Shown here in pieces: positions 20,080 to 28,739 of a stretch of DNA of 64,000 nucleotides. This DNA is from Candidatus Woesearchaeota archaeon (lineage in GTDB: Archaea > Nanobdellota > Nanobdellia > Woesearchaeales > JAFGLG01). Below the pieces are notes generated by a model that had not been told where the DNA came from, made no database searches, and saw only the letters and a list, made by a program, of their open reading frames with translations. The stretch covers positions 4,134 through 68,133 of the forward strand of contig JAFGLG010000017.1 in assembly GCA_016928155.1 (NCBI GenBank). Reading direction: 5' to 3'. The translations under genes and the position numbers were made by a program. Each line of letters opens with the position of its first letter. Position 1 is the first letter of the stretch.

Positions 20080-21541
20080 TTTGCTTGGCAATCGGAAATT
20101 GGTTTTTGTGATCATATTGGTATTGTCATCCGTAGTGTTTTCGATGCCGCATCTGCTGAGGGCTTATAAGGACAATTCCGCCCTGGTCGGGCAGGAGCCT
20201 TACTATCATCTCAGGGCAGCTGAACAGATTCTCGGACAGTCATCTGTGGATGATCCATTTGTCGACGATATCTTCATCTCACCTTATGATTGCCTCGTAG
20301 CCTTCTTCCTCATGATCGGGCTTGAAGGTATCATCCTGAGCAGGCTGCTGCCTTTCATGATAGGCATGCTTTTCATGTTCTTTGTCTGTCTGAATCTCAG
20401 GAGGGCTGATTCTGACAATCTGAAGCTGGTCCTTTTTGCAGTATGCATCCTGCTCTCTCCCGGGCTGATTTTCATATTCTCATTCTCGAATGCTCTCTCC
20501 TTGGCCCTCTTATTGTCTGCAATCGGGCTGTATTGCTTCTCATCCCCTTCAAGGGCCGTCAATTATCTGTCTGTAATATGCATTTCTGTCCTGGCATTCT
20601 TCAACATCGCTTACGCTTCGATAATGCTCATGATATTCTTCGTCCATATGATCCGCCAGAGGAGGGGTCATCTTGTGTTCCTGCTCTCTCTTCTTGTTTC
20701 TCTCATGATATTCCATCTCTTCAGCATTCATGTATACCTCCAGTACAACCAGGTGAGCATGCTGTCCTCGGCATCTGTGCTCTCCCAGCTGGTGTCTGAT
20801 TTCGGGAGCTTCAAGGGTTTTGGCATATATAACCTGATACTTGCTGTCATAGGCCTCTTTGTTTCCTGGAAAGATAAGTTCAGATATATCTGGGCTTATG
20901 TCCTCCTTTTCTTCCTGATATTCTATTATCCGAGCACAGGCATGGATCTCCTCATACCCGCCGGCATCATCATTGCCATCTTCGCTGGCTTAGGACTCAA
21001 CAGCCTGGTGAGGCTTGATTGGCAGATATCCAAGATCAGGGATCTGACCATCATAATCGTCTTCTGCGGCCTCATCTTTTCATCTTTTTCCCTGGTGAAC
21101 AGGGTGAGCTCATTTTATCCTGATGATGATTATGTCGAGGCTTCATCTTTCCTTTCAGGCTCTGGTGTCGTCCTGAGCCATTTCTCTAATGCGCATATCA
21201 TAGGATATTATTCCGGTCTTCCTGTCCTGCCGGATCCGCTTATTGCATATGGCGGTTCAGATGCGGATGCCATATATCATGACATAGATACCATCTTCAG
21301 CTCCTCTGATCTTGACGATACTAAGAGGATGCTGTATAAGTATGATGTGAAGTATATCTTCATCGATTCCCGCATGGACCAGGGCCTGGTATGGGAGAAG
21401 GAGAATCAGGGCCTGCGGTTCTTGTTCAGGAATGATGAGACGTTCAGCAGGGTCTTTGCCAATGATGGCATTGAGATCTGGGAAGTGCTGGATGCAAGGC
21501 CTGAATGGGTCGGTTTTGAGTTGATTGATGATGAATCTTGA
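20063..21541 (+). CDS. Polytopic membrane protein, GT-C/AglB-like
   Basis: EPYYHLR loop reminiscent of STT3/AglB DPYYH; many TMs; KYDVKYIFID C-terminal motif. Confidence 0.6.
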   Translation: MARKNDLLGNRKLVFVIILVLSSVVFSMPHLLRAYKDNSALVGQEPYYHLRAAEQILGQSSVDDPFVDDIFISPYDCLVAFFLMIGLEGIILSRLLPFMIGMLFMFFVCLNLRRADSDNLKLVLFAVCILLSPGLIFIFSFSNALSLALLLSAIGLYCFSSPSRAVNYLSVICISVLAFFNIAYASIMLMIFFVHMIRQRRGHLVFLLSLLVSLMIFHLFSIHVYLQYNQVSMLSSASVLSQLVSDFGSFKGFGIYNLILAVIGLFVSWKDKFRYIWAYVLLFFLIFYYPSTGMDLLIPAGIIIAIFAGLGLNSLVRLDWQISKIRDLTIIIVFCGLIFSSFSLVNRVSSFYPDDDYVEASSFLSGSGVVLSHFSNAHIIGYYSGLPVLPDPLIAYGGSDADAIYHDIDTIFSSSDLDDTKRMLYKYDVKYIFIDSRMDQGLVWEKENQGLRFLFRNDETFSRVFANDGIEIWEVLDARPEWVGFELIDDES

Positions 21542-22772
21542 TTTCGGGACAGTGCTTGTGTATGTGATGTCATACTTTGGCCTGTTCACTGCCATCTTCT
21601 TCCTGATAACATTGTATGAGAACAGGGGGGGCCTGAAGAATCCTGTAAATGGCAGGTTTCCTGTCGTCACTATTGCTGTGCCTGCTTTCAATGAGCAGAG
21701 CACTCTCAGACGTACCATCGAGTCCCTTCTTGCTCTTGATTATCCGAGGAAGAAGCTTGACATCATAGTCATCAATGACGGCTCCACTGACAGCACGCTG
21801 GAGGTCGCAAATTTGTATAGGAAGCAGGGGGTCAGGGTTTTCTCTAAGATGAATGGAGGCAAGGGGACTGCGCTTAATCTGGCATTGAAGAAGGCAAGAG
21901 GTGAGCTCTTCGGGGCTCTGGACGCTGATTCCTGGGTTGAGCCCGGCGCATTGAAGAAGATCGTGGGATATTTCAATGATCCGAAGATAATGGCTGTCAC
22001 CCCGTCCATGAAGATAGGTGATCCCCAGTCTTTGCTGCAGAAGATACAGTCCATTGAGTATCTTTTCGGCATCTTCCTGAGGAAGATTTTCGCTTTCCTG
22101 AACAGCATCCATGTCACGCCCGGCCCTTTTTCTATCTTCAGGAAATCATTTTTTGATAGGTATGGCGGTTATTCGACCCACAATCTCACAGAGGACATTG
22201 AAGTGGCGCTCAGGATCCAGAGCCATGGCTATATCATCGAGAACTCTGCTGACGCATGCGTCTATACAAAGGGCCCGAAGAGGTTCAGGCCTCTCCTGAG
22301 GCAGAGGCTGAGATGGTATAAGGGCTTCCTTGATAATCTGATGGATTACAGGCAGCTTTTTGGTTTCAGGCATGGCAATCTTGGCATCTTCATCCTGCCT
22401 GGCTCCCTGATTTCTGTCGGCCTGGCTGTCATCCTTTTGGTCTATACCTTTGGGAAGCTCATCAGGGATTCTTTCACTACGCTGAGGAATTGGTATTATA
22501 TAGGATTTGATCTGAAGGAGATGCTCAAGCCAAATTTCGATCTCTTCTACTTTAATCTCAATGCTGTTGTCTATCTTGCAGTGTTCCTTCTCATCCTGGG
22601 TCTGTCAATGATTTATATAGCAAAGAGCATGTCGGATGAGAAGTCAAAGATCAAGTGGATTTATTTGTCTTATATAGTGTTTTATATGCCCCTCTTTGGT
22701 TTCTGGTGGCTTGTTTCCCTCATTTATAAGGCGACTGGCAGGAAGATAAAGTGGGGGCCAAAATATATTTAA
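21525..22772 (+). CDS. Processive GT2 glycosyltransferase with TM segments
   Basis: PAFNE, DGSTD, GKGTALN, DAD, TED and QRLRW motifs. Confidence 0.92.
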   Translation: MMMNLDFGTVLVYVMSYFGLFTAIFFLITLYENRGGLKNPVNGRFPVVTIAVPAFNEQSTLRRTIESLLALDYPRKKLDIIVINDGSTDSTLEVANLYRKQGVRVFSKMNGGKGTALNLALKKARGELFGALDADSWVEPGALKKIVGYFNDPKIMAVTPSMKIGDPQSLLQKIQSIEYLFGIFLRKIFAFLNSIHVTPGPFSIFRKSFFDRYGGYSTHNLTEDIEVALRIQSHGYIIENSADACVYTKGPKRFRPLLRQRLRWYKGFLDNLMDYRQLFGFRHGNLGIFILPGSLISVGLAVILLVYTFGKLIRDSFTTLRNWYYIGFDLKEMLKPNFDLFYFNLNAVVYLAVFLLILGLSMIYIAKSMSDEKSKIKWIYLSYIVFYMPLFGFWWLVSLIYKATGRKIKWGPKYI

Positions 22773-22790
22773 AATAGGTGGGTTCCCCTC

Positions 22791-23498
22791 ATGGGCATGG
22801 ATAGGAAAAGGGTTCAGAAGACGAAGTATCTTGCTGTTTTTGCTACCACCACGCTCATATTTCTGATTGGCATCCTTGTGGGCAATTATTTCGCTGGACT
22901 CAAGCTGGAGACTGTGGATGACATTGAGAATCAGCTGAAGGTCGATACTTTGAGCACTGAGCTCCAGTTCGATCTCTTTGCTGAATTGGCTTGCGAGAAC
23001 ATCAACTCAACTCCTTTGATCAATGAGCTCCACGAGCTTGGCACTAAGCTGGATCATATGGAGAACATCCTTGGTAAGAAGAGCAGGGAAGTCCTGCATC
23101 TTAAGGATTATTATTCCGTGCTTGAGCTGCGTCAGTGGATGCTTGAGAAGCGGATAAATGAGAGATGCGGCAAGGACAGCATCCTGATCCTTTATTTCTA
23201 CTCGAATGATGAGGACATCTGTGATGATTGCGAAGAACAGGGCTTCATCTTGACTTATATAAGGAAGAATTTCTTCAATGTGAATGTGTACTCTTTTGAT
23301 GTCGACTCTGACAATGCTGCTGTCGATGCTGTCAAGACCATATACGGGGTCAATTCTGTTCCGACCATTATGATCAACAGCCAGAAGTTCGAGGGTTTCA
23401 CAGAGAAGGAAGTCATTGCTGGGACAATAGAGGCTCTGCGGAATCCTGATAACCAGACACAGGCTGTATCTGATTCATCATTCAGCAGGATCAGCTGA
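22791..23498 (+). CDS. Membrane-anchored thioredoxin-fold protein
   Basis: N-terminal TM, CDDC, VPTIMIN cis-Pro-like motif. Confidence 0.65.
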   Translation: MGMDRKRVQKTKYLAVFATTTLIFLIGILVGNYFAGLKLETVDDIENQLKVDTLSTELQFDLFAELACENINSTPLINELHELGTKLDHMENILGKKSREVLHLKDYYSVLELRQWMLEKRINERCGKDSILILYFYSNDEDICDDCEEQGFILTYIRKNFFNVNVYSFDVDSDNAAVDAVKTIYGVNSVPTIMINSQKFEGFTEKEVIAGTIEALRNPDNQTQAVSDSSFSRIS

Positions 23499-24878
23499 TG
23501 AATAGACATAAGCGGACATGCCGCAGTCATTTGTGAAGCTCTTCTCCATCCTAATCAGTTCTGACTCATCAAGCACGCTCTTGTCAAATGGCACATTATC
23601 GTATGTCGAATAGACAATGTATTTCACATTGTATTTCTGGAGCAGCATCGTGATGTTCTCTGTCCACAGGCTTGCTGCATGCGCGTTGTTGTAATAGCCG
23701 AACCATGGCCATGAGTTTGAGAGCACCCATTCCTCAGTTCCCAGCTCTCCTATATGGTCTGATGCCTGCTCGATCGGCCCATTGGTCCTGCACCACCCTC
23801 TCTCCATGATAAGGTCTATTGTCGGTATGGCATAGGCCGCTGAAATGAAGACCAGTATTATGATCATCGCCCTGAATTGCTTTCTTTTTGCGCTCTGCAT
23901 CCATGATTCCATTTCATCTATTGCCTTGAAGGCGAAAAGCAGTATAAATGGCATGATTGCCAGAAGATACCTCTCCAGCTTCATGTTTACAAAGAAGATA
24001 TAGTACGAGAGTGAGATGATCAGGAATATGAAAGCTATCATGGATGTCTCTGTCTTTCTTTGCCTGTATCCATGCAGTCTGTTGACGAAGATGAATAGGC
24101 TGAGCAGGAAGAATATTGACAGCACATGGAAGTTCTTTGCGAAGTTCCAGAAGAAAATGCTGATCGGCTGCCACGTTGTGTATATATCAACAACACTGTA
24201 CTGTGCTGTGAAATCCCAGAGGGGATTCCCATAATTTAGGGAGTTGTATATCATCCATGGTATCAGGGATAGCGCTATCCCTGCAAAGTATGATAACAGC
24301 ATTCTTATTTTGTATTTTTCAAAGAATATCCTAAGGATTAGATATGCCGTGACTGAAGCGCCGAACAATGCAAGAGGGAACCTGAACAGGAATGCGATGC
24401 CTGCACAAGCTCCTGCTCCGAGAATCAGGTATATGCTTTGGCTTTTTCTTTCCTTGATCATGAGATAATAGCTGAGAAGCACGAACAGCATGCCGGCGAT
24501 ATCCCCATATACCCTGAAGCTCCAGGTCAATAGTATTGGCGTCAAGAATGATATCAATAGGAAATAGGTATGATTTTCTGGGTTTAGCTCTTCTTTGATT
24601 ATCAGATAGAACACATACAGCATTGCCAGTGTATAGGCTATCATGAGCAGTTTTGCTGCAGCTAGGCTCTCGCCTGTGATCATCCAGATGCCTGCTATTG
24701 TGTATTCGAGCAGCGGGAACCTGAAGTCCTCTGCAAAATTTGACACGCCTATCCTGGCTCTCGCATTGCCGAGATATACATTCTCATCCCAGATGAGTCC
24801 CGGGTATTGCTGCCAGAGCCATATGTAGAATATCACGGACAGGACAAATATCCCGGCTATCACTGCCTTTTTTTTCAT
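23478..24878 (-). CDS. ArnT/PMT-like GT-C glycosyltransferase
   Basis: WDENVY, RFPL, multiple TMs, ERYLL. Confidence 0.78.
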   Translation of the reverse strand: MKKKAVIAGIFVLSVIFYIWLWQQYPGLIWDENVYLGNARARIGVSNFAEDFRFPLLEYTIAGIWMITGESLAAAKLLMIAYTLAMLYVFYLIIKEELNPENHTYFLLISFLTPILLTWSFRVYGDIAGMLFVLLSYYLMIKERKSQSIYLILGAGACAGIAFLFRFPLALFGASVTAYLILRIFFEKYKIRMLLSYFAGIALSLIPWMIYNSLNYGNPLWDFTAQYSVVDIYTTWQPISIFFWNFAKNFHVLSIFFLLSLFIFVNRLHGYRQRKTETSMIAFIFLIISLSYYIFFVNMKLERYLLAIMPFILLFAFKAIDEMESWMQSAKRKQFRAMIIILVFISAAYAIPTIDLIMERGWCRTNGPIEQASDHIGELGTEEWVLSNSWPWFGYYNNAHAASLWTENITMLLQKYNVKYIVYSTYDNVPFDKSVLDESELIRMEKSFTNDCGMSAYVYSSADPAE

Positions 24879-24905
24879 TTTGCTATTTCTTATTCGCTTT
24901 TTTTG

Positions 24906-25373
24906 CTATTTCTTCTTCACTTTGATGACGTCGCCGAGCGTGAATCCCTCTCCTGACTCAGATGCTTTTGCTGTTCCCCTGACTTCCTCGTGCTGGTCGA
25001 TGATCTTCACTCCCAGATATTTCTCGAACTTCCTGGCAAGTTCCATGCCTGGCTTGAAATGCCCTGACTCGACTTTATGTATCAGGCTTTCTCTCTCTGC
25101 CATCACCTTTGCCAGCTCTTCCTGCTTGAGTCCTCGTTTCTCTCTTCCCTTCTTGACTATCTCTGCATATTCTGGGATTATGTATTGGACGATTTCTTTG
25201 TTTGGAGCAGGAGTCGCCCTTTGTTTTGCGATGCTTGGGGGTAGTCTCTCAGCTCTTCTCGGCTGTTCTATCACCTTGCCATACCTTGCACAGGCATCGC
25301 ATACGCTTAGCATTGTCCCTTCTATCTCTGCCTTGACAAGTTCTGTATCATTCCCGCACATGTCGCATTGCAT
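24906..25373 (-). CDS. mbf1: Archaeal multiprotein bridging factor aMBF1
   Basis: CDMCG..VCDAC Zn ribbon, Cro/C1 HTH, C-terminal TLGD. Confidence 0.92.
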   Translation of the reverse strand: MQCDMCGNDTELVKAEIEGTMLSVCDACARYGKVIEQPRRAERLPPSIAKQRATPAPNKEIVQYIIPEYAEIVKKGREKRGLKQEELAKVMAERESLIHKVESGHFKPGMELARKFEKYLGVKIIDQHEEVRGTAKASESGEGFTLGDVIKVKKK

Positions 25374-25499
25374 GATTTCACCCTTGTATGATTTTTGTGA
25401 TTCAGCTTAGAAATCTCCGGTTTTATCTTCAATCATCTCATCAATCCCCAGAATACCAGTATCAGCCACCTTTATAAATATTACCCCAATGATTTAGGT

Positions 25500-25955
25500 T
25501 TATGGCAAGTCCAGCTTATTTTCAATAGCTGCACTCAATGTCTTGATGTACAATAATGCCTGCACTTGGATGCCTTTCCAGTCTTTTTCATATATGGGAT
25601 TGCCGTAGTAATGGATGCCATTTCTCTTTGTCCTGAATCTTTCGAAGAAGCTCCAGTCAAGGTCAAGTTCTGGATGCTTGACACAGAGATATGCAAAGAG
25701 GCATTGGTGATTGATGGATCTGACTTTTTCAAATAGGAGATAAGTTGCTGCGAGGGTGCGCAATATATCATAGTAAAGCTTTAATCCTGTATTCCAGTTC
25801 TTGCTGAATATTGCCTGTTCAGCAACTTCTGTATCTCCTTTAGTGATTTCTATGTTTGTCATGATCTTGCCGAAGTCAACCTGTTCCAGATAGACTAAGT
25901 ACCTGTCTGACATGCATCTTTTATGCACCTCTTCTTTGCTTCTGAAGTTCGACAT
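25500..25955 (-). CDS. HEPN-domain protein
   Basis: Downstream of and overlapping MNT gene; NHQCLFAYL and RTKRNGIHYYG motifs; start reassigned to ATG at 25955. Confidence 0.7.
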   Translation of the reverse strand: MSNFRSKEEVHKRCMSDRYLVYLEQVDFGKIMTNIEITKGDTEVAEQAIFSKNWNTGLKLYYDILRTLAATYLLFEKVRSINHQCLFAYLCVKHPELDLDWSFFERFRTKRNGIHYYGNPIYEKDWKGIQVQALLYIKTLSAAIENKLDLP

Positions 25956-26487
25956 ATGCTGAGACCTCTTGAGGTATTGTACCTTTGACAACAACACCCC
26001 TCAGTACATTGTAGATCACACTACGTCTGAACTTTTTTAATTCTTCCTTGTTTTTTACGGAGAATATCTGGATTTCTCGACGGAGTTTCGATTCATATTG
26101 TTGGAGGTTGATTTCGCCATCTCCATAGATGAAGATATCAATATCACTTCCGAAATACCAATCGCTCCTGGCAAAACTTCCAAACAGGATTGCGCATTCC
26201 ACATCTGCAAGATCATCAAGGATTCCGCAACTGCACAACTGATTCATTGCATATATCCTCTTCCTCAGTTTGTAGTTTCCATCCTCATGATTGCTGACAT
26301 AGTAAGGCATCTTGCCTTTTTCTTTTGTGCGCGTGATGATCTTCTCTTCCTGGAATCTCTTGAGCCATTTTGCTAGTTTGCTTTCTGCAATCCTGATTTC
26401 CTTGTTCAGTTCGCAGAAATGCCAGTGCTTTGCTGGGTTTTCAAAGAATAATCTCAATACATCCTCTTCCTTGCTATGCCTTCCCAT
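25921..26487 (-). CDS. wHTH + minimal nucleotidyltransferase (MNT)
   Basis: LFGSFARSDWYFGSDID (GS-x10-DxD); N-terminal HTH. Confidence 0.85.
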   Translation of the reverse strand: MGRHSKEEDVLRLFFENPAKHWHFCELNKEIRIAESKLAKWLKRFQEEKIITRTKEKGKMPYYVSNHEDGNYKLRKRIYAMNQLCSCGILDDLADVECAILFGSFARSDWYFGSDIDIFIYGDGEINLQQYESKLRREIQIFSVKNKEELKKFRRSVIYNVLRGVVVKGTIPQEVSAYVELQKQRRGA

Positions 26488-26590
26488 ATTACTACCCTTA
26501 AAGGGAAGTATTATTTAAATCTTACCAATAGTTTATATGATAATTTATATAAAAGAGAAGCGATTAGATGATGTATCACACTCAAAGGGG

Positions 26591-26975
26591 GTGCCATAAC
26601 ATGGCCAAAAAAGAGGTCGAGATAAAAGCAAAAGGTGATAATTCATTCGCATTCTTATCAATCGTTGCCATAATAGCAATAGTCGCATTAGTGGTTCTGG
26701 TGACAGGAGTAGGAAAGAGACAGGCAATGCCCACCTATGTCACAACAGGGGTTGAAGGTGGAGATTTGGTTGGGCAGCCGATTGCTGAAGTGGGAGAAGA
26801 ACAAGCACCAAATAGACCACTAACAAAAGTTGATCCGCATACTGATACTGGATGTGAAGTGGTTGATAACTGGTGGCCGATTCCTGATACATGTAAAGCA
26901 AGACAAGGGAGTAATTGTCAGACTTGTTATTTTGATTCAGGCGGGAACTGCAAATGTAAAGAATTCCCTGGTTAA
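26591..26975 (+). CDS. Small membrane-anchored protein with Cys-rich C-terminus (likely start MAKKEV)
   Basis: SD-like GGGGTG upstream, single TM, DLVGQ motif, six Cys in the last ~40 aa. Confidence 0.75.
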
Positions 26976-27035
26976 ACTAGTATTTTCTCATTTTTACTTT
27001 GATTTTCATCTTTATGTATTATCATGATAGCCAGA

Positions 27036-27074
27036 ATCCCAGAATAAGCCAGATATCTTAGTGATCTCTTCATG
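27036..27074 (+). repeat. 39-bp direct repeat, copy 1 (partner 28058-28096)
   Basis: ATCCCAGAATAAGCCAGATATCTTAGYGATYTCTTCATG, 37/39 identical. Confidence 0.9.
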
Positions 27075-27181
27075 GTGGGGGGTAGGTTGGCAGGTTTTTA
27101 AAGGTTGCTTTATCTTTTTTCCGGAAATCCACTGGTCATTTCGGAGTGAAATATATAAACCATTAAATTATTAGTAAGTTT

Positions 27182-28021
27182 ATGGATAAAGATAATGCTT
27201 TGGTTGTTTTCCAGGACAGGAGAATCCGTAGGATTTGGCATCAGGACCAGTGGTTTTTCTCAGTCATTGATGTCGTTCAGGCTTTGACTGACAGCTCTAA
27301 TCCAAGGAATTACTGGAGTATGCTTAAGAAAAGGGAATCTGAATATGAAATTGACTTGTCCACATTTTGTGTACAACTGAAGCTGCTCTCTGCAGATGGC
27401 AAGTATTATAAGACAGATTGCGCAAATGTAAAAGCGCTTTTTAGGATTATACAATCAATTCCCTCAAAAAAAGCTGAGCCTTTCAAGCTGTGGCTCGCAC
27501 AAGTGGGATATGAACGAATTCAGGAGATAGAGGATCCAGAGCTTGCTCAAGAGCGTATGAAAGAGCTTTATGAGCAGAAAGGTTACTCGAAGGCATGGAT
27601 AGAAAAACGCCTTAGGGGAATTGCTGTTAGGCAGGATCTGACTGATGAATGGAAAAAACGTGGAGTTGATAGCCAAATCGGTTTCTCAATATTGACAGCA
27701 GAGATATCCAAAGCAACTTTTGGCATGACCCCATCTGAATATAGACTATTCAAGAATTTGAAAAATGAGAACCTGAGGGATCACATGACCGACTTGGAAC
27801 TGATCCTCAATATGTTGGGAGAAGCATCGACAGCTGAACTAGAACGGGTTCATGATCCAAATACTTTTTCTGAGCATAAACAGGTTTCTAGAGATGGAGG
27901 AAAAGTTGCAGGAAAGGCAAGGCAAGAATTAGAGAACAAGACTAAGAAACAAGTTATTAGCGAGGAAAATTATCTTGACGAGCCTGAAAAAGTAAAAAGG
28001 AAGAAACTCCCGAAAGAGTAA
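27182..28021 (+). CDS. BRO-N domain (phage antirepressor-like) protein
   Basis: IRRIWH..WFFSVIDVV..L, RIIQSIPSKKAEPFKLWLA, NLRDHMT. Confidence 0.85.
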   Translation: MDKDNALVVFQDRRIRRIWHQDQWFFSVIDVVQALTDSSNPRNYWSMLKKRESEYEIDLSTFCVQLKLLSADGKYYKTDCANVKALFRIIQSIPSKKAEPFKLWLAQVGYERIQEIEDPELAQERMKELYEQKGYSKAWIEKRLRGIAVRQDLTDEWKKRGVDSQIGFSILTAEISKATFGMTPSEYRLFKNLKNENLRDHMTDLELILNMLGEASTAELERVHDPNTFSEHKQVSRDGGKVAGKARQELENKTKKQVISEENYLDEPEKVKRKKLPKE

Positions 28022-28057
28022 GTTAAAATTTATTATATCCCTATCCCGGCTGCCAAT

Positions 28058-28096
28058 ATCCCAGAATAAGCCAGATATCTTAGCGATTTCTTCATG
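28058..28096 (+). repeat. 39-bp direct repeat, copy 2
   Basis: Matches 27036-27074 at 37/39 positions. Confidence 0.9.
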
Positions 28097-28145
28097 TTTT
28101 GTGGGATTATTATATCTTAATAAAGTTTTCAGAAAAAAAAAATGA

Positions 28146-28301
28146 AGCGCGGAGAGGGACTTTCGGCGCCTTGGCGTTGAAAGTAAGCCACGCCAGTGGC
28201 TGCACTCGAACCCCCGAATGATCGCTGTCTGTTTTATATCATCGCCGAAGCTCAATACAGCAATCTGCAGGCGATTGCCTTAGCCGCTTGGCTACCCGCG
28301 C
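28146..28301 (-). tRNA. tRNA-Cys(GCA) with introns at 37/38 (28227-28264) and 59/60 (28160-28204)
   Basis: Acceptor GCGCGGG/TCCGCGC, U73 discriminator, anticodon stem ATCGC/GCGAT; 73-nt mature cloverleaf. Confidence 0.85.
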
Positions 28302-28393
28302 TTGATGCGGCTAATCCTGTGTGAATTCTTGACCTTTATAAATATTATCTACTGAATCGCCTGATTCTGCGCCCCTTTCACTCTATAACCATT

Positions 28394-28500
28394 GAAAATA
28401 CAAGAGGTCCTGGCCAGATTCGCACAGCGAATCTGGATAAACCAGGATATGATCCCTTGAATTTTCCAGCTAAGAACACTGCAAGGCAAAGGATTAAGAG
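28394..28500 (+). repeat. Nested-palindrome intergenic repeat, copy 1
   Basis: Core CCAGATTCGC-ACA-GCGAATCTGG (28414-28436) followed by ATAAACCAGGATA; flanks homologous to copies at 36.2 and 59.7 kb. Confidence 0.85.
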
Positions 28501-28524
28501 AACAAGTACAGAACCAAAAAAAAA

Positions 28525-28662
28525 CGCGCCTAGAGGGACTTTCAGGGCACTGAAAGTTCGCAACTTCAGTTGCCGCATTTGAACCCTCGATCTACAGCTC
28601 TCTTTGCTTCTATATCCAAAGCATAGAAGGCTGTCGCCCTATCCAGGCTAGGCTATAGGCGC
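28525..28662 (-). tRNA. tRNA-Arg(TCT) with introns at 37/38 (28600-28623) and 59/60 (28539-28577)
   Basis: Acceptor GCGCCTA/TAGGCGC, anticodon stem ACAGC/GCTGT, T-stem GAGGG/CCCTC; 75-nt mature cloverleaf. Confidence 0.88.
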
Positions 28663-28739
28663 ATCTGTGATAATGATAAAATACACCATTTTTAAATGTT
28701 CTGCTAAACTTTATATAAGAAACCCTATTGAAAGATTTT

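Noticed and set aside
25400-28146. Provirus or complete integrative element at tRNA-Cys
   Set aside because: No integrase, structural genes or duplicated tRNA 3' end was found.
27929-28255. 108-aa ORF (also 12702..12896)
   Set aside because: They overlap intron-containing tRNA genes.
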